Below, one piece after another: positions 1 through 9,497 of a stretch of 64,000 nt of DNA. How positions within the stretch are numbered: the stretch's first letter is position 1; every line of letters begins with the position of its first letter. The notes under the pieces were generated by a model. The model was not told where the DNA came from and made no database searches. It was given only the letters and a program-made list of their open reading frames with translations. The translations under genes were made by a program, and so were the position numbers. This DNA is from an uncultured Chloroflexia bacterium (GTDB taxonomy: Bacteria; Chloroflexota; Anaerolineae; Aggregatilineales; Phototrophicaceae), in NCBI GenBank assembly GCA_963772595.1, contig CAVYXZ010000012.1, positions 202,191 through 266,190 on the forward strand, written 5' to 3'.

Positions 1-1971
1 CCGACATCGCTACCGCGCAGGAGATCGTCGGCCTGCCGGGCTATGTCAGCCACATTGACCTGATCCTGCCGGACGATTACGACACGATCTCAGATTGAGG
101 CGCTGCTGCCGCCGGGGGTCGTGCTGCAAAGCACGAGCGAGGCCAACGGCACGCTGGCGCAGATGACCGCCGCCTTCGAACTGAACTTGCAGGCACTGAG
201 CCTGCTGGCGCTGACGGTGGGCGTCTTCCTGATCTACAACACGGTCACATTCAGCGTTGTCCAGCGCCGTCCGGTCATCGGCACCATGCGCGCGCTGGGC
301 GCGACCCGCCGCCAGATCTTCGGCCTGATCCTCAGCGAGGCCTTTCTGCTGGGCCTGACCGGGACCGTTTTCGGCCTGGGTCTGGGCCTCATTTTCGGGC
401 GTGCGGCGGTCAATGTGGTGGCGCGGACCATCAGCGACCTCTACTTCACGGTCAACGTGCAGAGCGTCAGCGTGTCGCCGGCGACTCTGCTGAAAGGCGC
501 GCTAATCGGCCTGTTTGCCAGCCTGGGCGCGGCATTGCCCCCTTCGTTCGATGCCACGCGCACGCCTCCCGCCGGGACTCTGCGGCGCTCGGATGTCGAG
601 CAGCGGACGCTCAAGCTGCTGCCCTGGGTGAGCCTGGCTGCGCTGGCGCTGAATGGGGTCGGCTTCCTGCTGCTGCAAATTCCCGGCGACGCCATTGATC
701 TTCGGCTTTCTGGCGCTGTTCGCCTTCGTGTTGGGCGGGGCGCTGTTCACGCCGCTGGTGCTGCTGCTGCTGATGCGCCTGCTGACTCCGGTCTCGACCG
801 CCGCCTTCGGTATCTTAGGCCGCATGGCCCCGCGCGCCGTGATCCGTTCGCTGAGCCGCACCGCCATCGCCGTCGCCGCCCTGACCGTCGCCGTGAGCGT
901 GATCGTCGGCGTCAGCGTGATGATCGGCAGCTTTCGCGGCACCGTCGCCAACTGGCTGGATACGACCCTGGGGGCCGATATTTACGTCTCGCCGCCGCTG
1001 ATTACCGCCACGCGCTCCACCGTCGATGTCGACCCGGCCATCCTGGACCAGTCTGGCGCAGGTCGAGGGCGTGCAGCGCATCGTCTGGGCGCGGCAGGTG
1101 AACGTCCTCGCGCCGGATTACCCGGACATGCCGCCGGTCAACCTCAACGTCGGGCAGCGGAGAGATCGCCGCCGGTCCGCGCCGCTTCGCCTGGCTGACG
1201 GACCCGGATTACTGGCCGCTGCTGGAAGCCGGGCAGGTGATGGTCAGCGAACCGTTCGCCTTCCGCCGGGGCATCACGCCGGAGCACAACACGATCCGCC
1301 TCGTGACCGACCGGGGCGTCGAGACCTTCACCATCGCCGGCGTCTATTACGATTACTCGACCGATCAGGGCTCGGTCTTCATGGCGATGGATGTCTACCG
1401 CCACTATTATGACGACCCCTTTATCTCCTCGGCGGCGCTGTTCCTGGCCGATGGCGTTTCGGTGGAGTCGGTGATCGAGCAGTTGGAGACCGGCGTGCTG
1501 GCCGGGACGGATCTGCGCGCGCAGGCCAACCGCGAGCTGCGCGCCGGGGCCTTCGAGGTCTTCGAACGGGCCTTTTCGATCACCGGGGCGCTGCAACTGC
1601 TGGCGACGGTGGTGGCCTTTATCGGCATCCTCAGCGCGCTGATGGCCCTGCAACTGGAGCACACCCGCGAGTACGGCGTGATGCGCGCCACCGGCATGAC
1701 GCCGCGCCAACTGTGGCAGTACACGCTCATCCAGACCGGGCTGATGGGCCTGACGGCGGGCCTGCTGGCGCTGCCGGTCGGGCTGCTGCTGGCGCTGGTG
1801 CTGACCTACGTGATTAACCTGCGCTCCTTCGGCTGGACCCTGGCGCTGGATTTGCAGCCGGGGCCGTTTGTGCAGGCTTTCGCGGTGGCGGTCTTCGCGG
1901 CGCTGGTGGCCGGGCTGTATCCCGCCTGGCGGCTGACGCAAGCTGGTCACGGCGCGGGCGCTCAGGAGTGA
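1..1971 (+). CDS. ABC transporter permease, FtsX/MacB-LolCE family. The 5' end lies outside the window. Reading frame changes at least 4 times (near nt 95, 700, 1100, 1230).
   Basis: Track ORFs 121-1101, 653-1198, 1026-1412 and 1237-1971 join into one FtsX-like sequence (…LLALTVGVFLIYNTV…, …SALMALQLEHTREYGVMRATGMTPRQL…). Stop TGA at 1969-1971. Confidence 0.6.
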
Positions 1972-1984
1972 GTAAGGCGAGTTT

Positions 1985-2043
1985 GCCGGGCAATGAATTA
2001 CCCGGCAAGGGCCCAAACCCCTCCGGGGTTATGCGGTGCCGGC
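1985..2043 (+). repeat. REP-like unit type A (two-hairpin motif gccgggcaaTNaattacccggcaaRggcccaaacccctNcggggttatgcggtgccgg)
   Basis: Near-identical copies at 2169-2228 and 2914-2972, and inverted at 63192-63252. Contains inverted repeats gccggg/cccggc and aacccc/ggggtt. Confidence 0.7.
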
Positions 2044-2116
2044 CTGCGGAGACTGCTGGATGTTCAGGTACCCAATTTGCATTCTCAGAACCTGAAAGTG
2101 AAGCGAAATCCGTAGT

Positions 2117-2160
2117 CCCGAAGGGACTTGGGACCTTGCCGTCGGTATTTAACCGGCGGC
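2117..2160 (+). repeat. REP-like unit type B (tgaaRggNcttggNNcttgccgtcg + short hairpin)
   Basis: Copies at 2276-2329, 2871-2913, 3023-3093, and inverted at 63075-63131. Confidence 0.65.
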
Positions 2161-2168
2161 CTGAGGAT

Positions 2169-2228
2169 GCCGGGCAATAAATTACTCGGCAAAGGTCCAA
2201 ACCCCTGCGGGGTTATGCGGTGCCGGCG
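2169..2228 (+). repeat. REP-like unit type A
   Basis: Sequence identity with 1985-2043. Confidence 0.7.
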
Positions 2229-2275
2229 TAATGGACTATGCGTCAGATGCTTCATTACCGACAGTGTAATCCAAA

Positions 2276-2329
2276 GCTTGAGTGCTTCCATAAGCCCTGA
2301 AAGGTCTTGAGGACTTGCCGTCGCGGCCC
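2276..2329 (+). repeat. REP-like unit type B
   Basis: gcttgagtgcttccataagccctgaaaggtcttgaggacttgccgtcg matches 3023-3075. Confidence 0.65.
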
Positions 2330-2351
2330 AAGAGCGCCACATTCCGGCAGA

Positions 2352-2760
2352 CTACTCCATCTGCTCCAGGTAAGCAATCAAATCGTTTTGTGCGTGATGT
2401 TCTTTCTGGCGCTGAATATACGTCGATGATGGTGTCAAGATTTCTCGCGCCGAAGGTGAGCACGCCATAGCCATCCTGCCAGCGAAACATGTCCGGCGCA
2501 TCGGGAAAGCGTTGATTGATTTCATATGCTGAGACACCCTTCACCCGTTTGACCCACTGCGCCACCGCGACTTTGGGTGGGATCGTGACAGCAACGTGGA
2601 CATGATCGGGCACCGTATTGATCGCCAGCACTTCGCCGCCCAGCGCAGCTGTTTTGTCGTGTGCGATGTCGAATAGAATCGATTCGTTAGTTGGAGTTAA
2701 GAACGGCGCGCGGCGTTTGGTCGTCCATATGACATGATAAAAGCAGCGCCAGAAGGGCAT
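2352..2760 (-). CDS. tnpA: IS200/IS605-family Y1 (HUH) transposase TnpA or REP-associated tyrosine transposase (RAYT), with one frame change near 2440
   Basis: MPFWRCFYHVIWTTKRR…DHVHVAVTIPPKVAVAQWVKRVKGVSA…RWQDGYGVLTFG…YIQRQKEHHAQNDLIAYLEQME aligns with Salmonella IS200 TnpA (HIHMLLEIPPK…GYYVDTVG…YIKHQLEED). Track ORFs 2236-2760 and 2352-2537. Confidence 0.75.
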
Positions 2761-2870
2761 GAGGATACCTTTCTTCTCCAGAGGCCGGGCATGAACGCTC
2801 CGGTTAGGACCGTCGTATGGTCAAGTATCCAGCGCGTATTCCAAAAGTCAAATGGCTCCGGGATCATTAG

Positions 2871-2913
2871 TTCTGAAAGGACTTGGATGCTTGCCGTCGG
2901 CATCAAGCGAGGT
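2871..2913 (+). repeat. REP-like unit type B
   Basis: ttctgaaaggacttggatgcttgccgtcgg. Confidence 0.6.
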
Positions 2914-2972
2914 GCCGGGCACTGAAGTACCCGGCAAGGGGGCCAAACCCCTGCGGGGTTGTACTGTGTCGG
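2914..2972 (+). repeat. REP-like unit type A
   Basis: gccgggcactgaagtacccggcaagggggccaaacccctgcggggttgtactgtgtcgg. Confidence 0.7.
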
Positions 2973-3022
2973 AGTGCCACACTCCTACTCAGATGCTCCA
3001 ATGTCGAGATTGTCATGCCAAC

Positions 3023-3093
3023 GACTTGAGTGCTTCTGGGCCATAAGTCCTGAAGGGACTTGGGGACTTGCCGTCGAATTCATTCGGCGGCGT
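3023..3093 (+). repeat. REP-like unit type B ending in the GAATTC-centred hairpin gccgtcgaattcattcggcggc
   Basis: Matches 2276-2329. The same hairpin occurs at 63075-63096. Confidence 0.65.
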
Positions 3094-3156
3094 TGGCGTA
3101 GCGTGTGTGAGCAGCCCCGGTCGGAACTGCTACAATAAGGCAGGGAGTGCGTCGTC

Positions 3157-4245
3157 ATGCTTGGGACCCGGCTTACCATCCTCAACCGCAGTCTGCGCAA
3201 CATGCTGGCCGATCCGGTGCGCGGCCTGCAAATCTCGCTGCTGCTGCTGCTGGCGCTGGTCATGCACTGGGCAGCCTGGGCTACATTGCTGATCGAGCAC
3301 ATGAGCCGGTGGATGCGCTCTACATGACGGTGATTACCATCACGACGGTCGGCTTCGGCGAGGTCCGGCCCTCTGTCGAGCGTCGGGCGCATGTTTACCT
3401 CGGCGCTCGATCTTCTTGGGCGTCGCGGTGGTCACGACCGCCGTCACCAACATTGCCAGCATCATTTTAGGGCCGCGACTGTGGCTGATGTTACGGGAAC
3501 AGCGTATGAACGATTTGATCGCCACTCTGGACAAGCATTACATCGTCTGCGGCTATGGCCGCATGGGCCAGCAGATCGTCCGCGATCTGCAGAACCGCAA
3601 GCAGCCCTTCGTCGTCATCGAGCAATCGGAGCAGGTGCTGCGACGAGATGCTGGAAGACGATGTTCCCTGCCTCATCGGCAATGCCACGCTGGACGAGGT
3701 GCTGGAACAGGCGCGAGATCGAGCACGCCGAAGGGCTGGTCGCCGCGCTCAACAGCGACGCGGACAACGTCATGACGGTGCTTTCGGCGCGGGAGATCAA
3801 CCCGGATCTGTTCATCGTGGCGCGGGCAGCCGATGCGCAGTCCGAGAGCAAGCTGCGGCGGGCCGGGGCGAACCGGGTGGTCAGCCCCTACCACATCGGC
3901 GGGCACCGCATGGCCGTCGCGCTGCTGCGCCCGGCGGTGCATGATTTCATGAACCAGATTTTCCACGTGGGCGACGAAAGCGGCATGGACATCGGCCAGG
4001 TGCGCATCACGGCGCATTCCACGCTGGCGGGCAGGACCATCGCGCAGACTAACCTGCGCCAGACGCGCAACGTCAACATCCTGGCGATTCAAAAGGCCGA
4101 CGGTGAACTGAGCATCAACCCGAACACGCAGTACGTGATTCAGTCCGGCGACGTGCTGATCGTCATCGGCCCGTCGCAGGCGATCTACCAGACCGAGGCC
4201 GAACTCGACTCGGAGAGCGCGGAGGTCCCACCGGACCCTACGTAA
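3157..4245 (+). CDS. 2-TM K+ channel with RCK/TrkA-N and TrkA-C gating domains (MthK-like). About 4 frame changes between 3320 and 3700.
   Basis: Pore signature YMTVITITTVGFGEV. Rossmann motif HYIVCGYGRMGQQIVRDL. RCK segment …INPDLFIVARAADAQSESKLRRAGANRVVSPYHIGG… Track ORFs 3147-3470, 3416-3775 and 3391-4245. Confidence 0.7.
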
Positions 4246-4340
4246 TCAAGCGATGATTTCGTTCATGTGGTGGATGCGTTCGGCCATGATCTGCATCACG
4301 TTCAGCGCAAAGGTCGGCGTCTCATTGACCAGGAACAGAA
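4246..4340 (-). pseudogene. C-terminal remnant of an unidentified gene (…LVNETPTFALNVMQIMAERIHHMNEIIA*)
   Basis: Open only for about 30 codons; it runs into AT-rich non-coding DNA. Confidence 0.3.
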
Positions 4341-4581
4341 AGTGGTGGTGGCGCTGCGGATATGGTCCGTTTCAATGAGGAGCCGTGTTCGCCAGGGAGC
4401 CGTATCCAGACAAGCAGATTTGTGAATATAAGAATGGTTAAATGGGTGGTTTTGTTTGCGTCTGAACGCTGTGCGTCAGGGATAAAGTATCGTAGATTGT
4501 TTGAGATCGAAAAGCGGCTGAGATTTCTACTGAAGATCGGCCATGATTTCCGCTGTACGACGTGTGGTGATTCGCTTGACA

Positions 4582-5495
4582 TCACCTAACACTAATACAC
4601 AGGAGGAACAGGGCTTCAGCACTCGCTGCATTTTGCAGACAAATCGCCATCTGGTCTAGATAGACTTTGCTAGCCGTTAATTCAGCATCCAGCGTTTTCC
4701 AGTCTTCGCAGCCCAAAAACCACAATCTAAGACGGTTATCACGAGCGTAATCTAAGGCTCCAAAATACGGGGGCTAGATAATCTCACCATCTAGGACTTC
4801 ATCTTCGATTGGAGAAGTCATTGCGATTGCTTGAAAGAGTTCGATACTCGCGTTCCTCCCAGTTATCCGTCAGGCGGGTGACGACGATAGGTCAGCTTGA
4901 TTTTGGCGAGCAGCTTGAACGCACATCGCGATACTGATACATGTCGGGAAATGGATCTGGCGGATACTTATTCGTCCGTAAATAAGGGACGCAAATGGCT
5001 TGACGGATAAGACAGGAAACCAGGGCGAACATGATGCAAAATGCCCAGCAGACAGGCTGTCAAGAAATAATCGTCATGCTCGCGCATTAGCTTAAACGCG
5101 GCGATATGGTCTTTTCGGAGAGAGTACGCGATGGAAGAAATCACGAACCCATTGAGGGATGTGCTCTAGATCGACTTCTGGGGCTTCTTTTTCAACCAGG
5201 TCAAAGGAGTCTCTAAAGCTCTATCTAGCGCCGCTCGTTCCGTATGCGGAGCTTCCAGCTTGCCACGAGTGAGTGTGTATGCATAAGGGCTGAGGTCGTT
5301 TGCCCAGCCCACACGATCACTGAGGACTGCTTCTAAGGGAACAACGCCGGAACCTCAGAAGGGGTCTAGAACAACGTCACCCGGTTTCGAGTAAAGCTGG
5401 ACCAGCACTTTAACCATGCCAGACTTCAGTTTCCCCACATAAGGTCCAGTTGGTGTGACTTGCTTTCTTTGCCATTGAACGAACCATGCCATCAT
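4582..5495 (-). pseudogene. Dam-like (alpha-class, D12-type) N6-adenine DNA methyltransferase, inactivated. In-frame TGA in motif I (VLDPF*GSGVV), in-frame TAG replacing the first residue of motif IV (EII*PPYFG), further TAG/TGA stops and at least one frameshift.
   Basis: Minus-strand translation MAWFVQW…GPYVGKLKSGMVKVLVQLYSKPGDVVLDPF*GSGVVPLEAVLSD… aligns with Dam WAGGKY…LVEPFVGAGSVFL. About 195 aa further on: …IEDEVLDGEII*PPYFGALDY. Total span about 303 codons. Confidence 0.6.
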
Positions 5496-5593
5496 TGAGC
5501 GTCGAGCTTGAGATAGAATTCGAACAGGGGTAAGTGCTACAGTGAGTTATACCTCAATGGCCGTGCTTATGAAGTCCAGGGCCTGGATCGGCT

Positions 5594-6124
5594 TTAATCG
5601 ACTGTCGTGCCCTGATGTGTAACACTCACTTCGCGCACGAGCTTACCATTATCCAGTTGGATAATCTGTATCTCGACATACAAGATATGGCGATCATAGT
5701 CTTCTGGTATGACACTGAACAAATTCAGGACCAGACCAGGGAGTCGCAGCGTATCAAGTGTATGAACGGTAGGCGATGGATTGTCGATTGTGGGAATTTG
5801 TTGAGGAAACAAGAAAATGTCTGGGGCGGCCAACATCCCGATTTGATTGTTACGACCTGGATACTTGGGACAAGGTCGGGTGCTGGTTCCGCAAAGGATG
5901 TCCTTGAAGAGCAACATATCGACATGTTTTCGCCGACGAACAAGCTCGTTGCTGATGCGATTGAGAATTGAATGTGCACCTTGAACGGGTTGATTAACAA
6001 TCGCAACGTCTAGATGTGACCAGATAGCGAACTCTTTGGCCGAGGGGACGCTAGGAAATGTTGATGCTGCAGCCTTGACCGCCTTTGACCTGATCGGTGA
6101 AGTAGTCGGGTGCTGTAATGGCAA
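5594..6124 (-). CDS. hypothetical protein (176 aa) inside the low-GC islet; function unknown
   Basis: Track ORF 5594-6124. No family recognised. Lies directly upstream of the methyltransferase remnant on the same strand. Confidence 0.3.
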   Translation of the reverse strand: MPLQHPTTSPIRSKAVKAAASTFPSVPSAKEFAIWSHLDVAIVNQPVQGAHSILNRISNELVRRRKHVDMLLFKDILCGTSTRPCPKYPGRNNQIGMLAAPDIFLFPQQIPTIDNPSPTVHTLDTLRLPGLVLNLFSVIPEDYDRHILYVEIQIIQLDNGKLVREVSVTHQGTTVD

Positions 6125-6145
6125 CTGTGAAGTCGTAACGGCTGT

Positions 6146-8119
6146 TCACGAGATGTAGACATAATCGGCAATATCACCCCGCTGTAGTGAAATTCTCAAG
6201 GACGTAGCGCAGCAGGGCTTCGCCAACTGCTGTGGTCGACTCAAGAAGGGTCCGCGAATGCTTTCAATCGCCAACCGAGAATACCAGACCGCTTGTATAG
6301 TCTGTGGGTCTATGCGTGCTGGCGCAGTATGGGTCCTGGTGCAGGCGTCGATGTGGCCGAGTAAGTTGATCGTCTGCGAACCTGCCACCGACACGCTGCT
6401 GTGTGTACAAGGTAGAGCATGACGCGTAATTATACTAATCTCAGCGTGGATGCTGTGTTCGCCCAGGGCGGTGCGCAGGGCTTCCCACTGGTCGGCGCGC
6501 ACGATGACGGCCATCGACCCCAACTGCGCGCCCAGGTAACGACGCAGGGCAGGCGTCTCCAGGATGAAGTTGAGCGTTTCCGGCGACTGCGTGCGCAGGA
6601 CGAGCAGCTGCTCCAGGCTGACGGTCGCCGTCGGGCCGCCCTTCCAGGTATCCAGCAGTTGGGCGACCTTCCGCGGCAGCGGCGCGTCGTCCAGCATCCG
6701 GCTCAGGAAGGCGCTGATGTGCCCGGTGTTGATGCCCTGCTTCTCCGCCTGCGCGATGCCGGGACCATCGAGCATGTAGGTGTAGGGATCGTCCGGCGCG
6801 CCCCAGGTGGTGAAGCGCGCCACCTGAAAACGGTCGATGCGCGGCACCCGGCGCGAGACCAGCAAGCGGCCATCCTCCTCCACGATCACCTTTTCTTCAG
6901 TCTCCGGCGGAGTGGGCCAGGGAATCATGTCCAGGAAGGCGCGGCCATAGGCGGTCAGGCGAGCGGCATCGTCAGCCAGATCGGTCAGGCCCAGCCAGTG
7001 CATCGGCCCGGTGAGGTAGAATTCGAGCAGCGCACCCTCGACCGCATCCCAGCTTTCAAAGCCTTTGAGATATTCCCCCGCCTCGCCGCGAATGTACCAG
7101 CTATCGTAATCGCCGCCGGGCCGCATGGAAATCGGCGTCGGTGACCTTGATGACCTCGATGAACTCATCCACCGACCACCACTCATGGTTGGGCAGCGAT
7201 CTCCAGCAGGAAATTGACCATGCGCCCCGCGCGATCAGCGGGTCATAATTCGGCAGGCTCTCCGGCTTCAGGCCGGGCACATGCCACAGATCGCGGAAGC
7301 CGGTGCTGCTGCGCCAGGCATCGACCAGCGCTTTGACCTGCGCCGAGCGCGGCTGCGAGAGCCAGCGGCGGGCTTCGGCGCGGTGGGTGGTGGCCCGGTC
7401 GTCCTCGACCAGGATGATCAGATTGGCTGCCAGGCCCACCCCCAGCAGAAAGGCCAGCCGGGTTGGACTGGGGTTGAGCATGTAGCGCAGCAAAGTCTCG
7501 CGCTCCGCTTCGGCGAGGATCTCCTCTTCGAGCTGTGCCCCGAACAACTGCAAGTAGGCCAGCAGCGTCGTCATGTCATCGACAACTGGAGGTATCGGCC
7601 TGCTGGACATTGTCCACGTCTTCCAGCGCGCCCATCTCGACTGCGGCTTCAGCGGTCTCGGCTTCGAGATGTTCGTAGGCCGTTTTGTGCGAGGGCAGCA
7701 CCGGGATAAGATCATCGGGCACGTAGATAATGGGGCGCGCACCGCTCTCCGACCTGCTCGAAAGCCTGGGCGATCAGGCCCCGGTAGAACAGGGCTTCGG
7801 CGCTGCTCTGCGGCTTGCTCTGCGGCTGTTCGCGCTCGATCTGAGCCGTGCCCATCTGCCGGATCTCGCCGAAGAGACGGCTGTACATGGTGGCGGGCAT
7901 CTTGCCGCCGGACCCCAGCAGCGCCTGGAGCGCGCCGCGCTGGTCGTCGTTGAGGCCCTCCCAGATTTTTTCGGCCCGCGCCGGGTCCAGCATGGCCGCC
8001 GCCAGAGTCTCGACCGCTTCCACGGAGGGCAGCTTGTCGATGGAGACCTGCCAGACCTGGGCCAGCACCGGCAGCAGGCTGCGGTCGCTGTCGCTTAAGG
8101 TGCGTAAGACGTTTTTCAT
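6146..8119 (-). CDS. large hypothetical protein (about 650 aa) with a helicase-associated (XPB-N-terminal / PF13625-like) region. Split into 3 ORFs by frame changes near 7150 and 7730.
   Basis: Track ORFs 7712-8119, 7101-7742 and 6146-7186. Segment …GHISAFLSRMLDDAPLPRKVAQLLDTW…LVLRTQSPETLNFILETPALRRYL… resembles helicase-associated-domain proteins. I am assigning the domain from memory. Confidence 0.35.
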
Positions 8120-8196
8120 ATCGGTCTTCAGTCTACCGTCGTTTTTGTCAGTTTAACCTGAGTTCTATCTTGCTGCTAGCGGCAGTGATCTCAACA

Positions 8197-8230
8197 TAAA
8201 AAAGTGTCAAGCTATGTAAAGCCTGACACC
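8197..8230 (-). terminator. rho-independent terminator after the FGE-domain gene
   Basis: On the minus strand: gtgtcaggctttacatagcttgacac followed by tttttt. Confidence 0.5.
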
Positions 8231-8294
8231 CGGTGATTTGTCTTCAATATCTAATTATCCATTGACCAGATATGGTTAGGCCTAAATTGCAGTC

Positions 8295-9287
8295 CTACTC
8301 GAACGAGAGGGCACAACGAAATCCGGTGCCGTTATCCTGACTATTGGGATCGCTCGAATGGCGGTTAGCGGCATGCAGCCCAATAAACGTATCAGTGAAC
8401 GAGCCACCGCGCCGCACACGATCCTGATGATCGTCTTCTATACTCTCCCGCCCGTCCTCAGCATCATACGGATAGGTCTGATATAAGCTGCTCACCCAAT
8501 CCCCAACATTGCCGCTCATATCCAATGCCCCGACCCACGAGACGCCTTCGGGATAGCTACCGACAGGGGCGATATTTCCATACCCGTCGTCGTATTGTTC
8601 ATTGACCAAACCCCAACCATCTGCCCAATCTTGTTGACCACAATTGCCATCACAGTGATTGCCTTTGCTCCCATCGATTTCATTGCCCCAGGGAAACAGC
8701 ACATCATCCGGACCACGAGCTGCATACTCCCATTCGGCTTCGGTGGGCAAGCGTCCGCCACGCCATTCACAATAGGCTTGTGCTTGAAACCATGTGACAC
8801 GGTTAATCGGCAGGCTATCATCTTCTGAAAAATCCGAAGCCAGCGTTTCGTCACATCCCCGGCCATTGATACAGTCTGGTGAAAAATCTGAAACTGGCGT
8901 TCTTTCACATGCGCCACTATCGACGCAATTCTGATACATGGCACGAGTGACTTGAGTACGATCAATCCAGAAAGGCAAAATAGAATGCTCACTCAACGGA
9001 CCCTCATCTGCCATTCCCCTGCGCGGACAGGTAAAGCCCGATTGGACACAGACGTCTAACATAAGACTAATTTCTTCTTCGGTGCTGCCCATCATAAATG
9101 TTCCGGCAGGTACGAGTAGCATCTCCACCCCATCAAATTCACGGATGACAGGTTCCCATTCATCGTTGCTTGCCACCCCTTGTTCAGCAAGTGCAAAAGC
9201 GGCGGCATCATCGTCTTGAGCATTCGCAGATAGCGTCAGCGTAGCGAACACCGTAATTAAAACCAGGACAAATATTTTCTTGTTCAA
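8295..9287 (-). CDS. secreted formylglycine-generating-enzyme (FGE-sulfatase, SUMF1/EgtB-like) domain protein
   Basis: Signal peptide MNKKIFVLVLITVFATLTLSANA. Motifs RVTWFQAQAYCEWRGGRLPTEAEWEYAARG and RVRRGGSF…GFRCA. GC of the gene is visibly lower than its neighbours. Confidence 0.8.
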   Translation of the reverse strand: MNKKIFVLVLITVFATLTLSANAQDDDAAAFALAEQGVASNDEWEPVIREFDGVEMLLVPAGTFMMGSTEEEISLMLDVCVQSGFTCPRRGMADEGPLSEHSILPFWIDRTQVTRAMYQNCVDSGACERTPVSDFSPDCINGRGCDETLASDFSEDDSLPINRVTWFQAQAYCEWRGGRLPTEAEWEYAARGPDDVLFPWGNEIDGSKGNHCDGNCGQQDWADGWGLVNEQYDDGYGNIAPVGSYPEGVSWVGALDMSGNVGDWVSSLYQTYPYDAEDGRESIEDDHQDRVRRGGSFTDTFIGLHAANRHSSDPNSQDNGTGFRCALSFE

Positions 9288-9429
9288 AATAATATTCCTC
9301 TATATAGGCGAATTTAAAGAGCTTAACGCATAATTGGCAATTTGAAAAAAACCGCTATGAAATGCCAGCGAAAGCCTTATTGTGGAAAATATCCTGCATT
9401 AAGATGGTCATTTAGCCTGCCGAAATAAT

Positions 9430-9480
9430 TTGACATAGAACAAGTGTCCCTATATAATATAGAACAATCATTCGATTGTT
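9430..9480 (+). promoter_or_regulatory. lexA promoter: TTGACA (9430-9435), 17-bp spacer, TATAAT (9453-9458). SOS-box-like sites GAACAAGTGTCC (9438-9449) and palindrome AACAATCattcGATTGTT (9463-9480).
   Basis: Read directly from the sequence. The GAAC-N4-GTYC pattern is known for Gram-positive and Dehalococcoides LexA boxes. Confidence 0.55.
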
Positions 9481-9497
9481 AAGATTGGGTCTGAATC

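Larger units (their letters stand above)
2169..2972 (-). mobile_element. IS200-like element (about 800 bp): Y1/HUH transposase gene flanked by direct A-type hairpin units, as expected for IS200/IS605 ends, or a RAYT-like domesticated copy
   Basis: tnpA at 2352-2760. A units at 2169-2228 and 2914-2972 sit in direct orientation on both sides. No tnpB seen. Confidence 0.5.

Noticed and set aside
4582-5495. In-frame TGA/TAG codons in the methyltransferase as stop-codon recoding (selenocysteine or pyrrolysine), or an alternative genetic code
   Set aside because: All other genes in the window terminate normally with TGA/TAG/TAA and have no internal stops. No SECIS-like hairpin follows the TGA. The accompanying frameshifts point to decay.
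4600-6100. Apparent enrichment of CTAG tetranucleotides in the low-GC islet
   Set aside because: About 9 occurrences in 1.7 kb against about 6-7 expected at this base composition; not significant.
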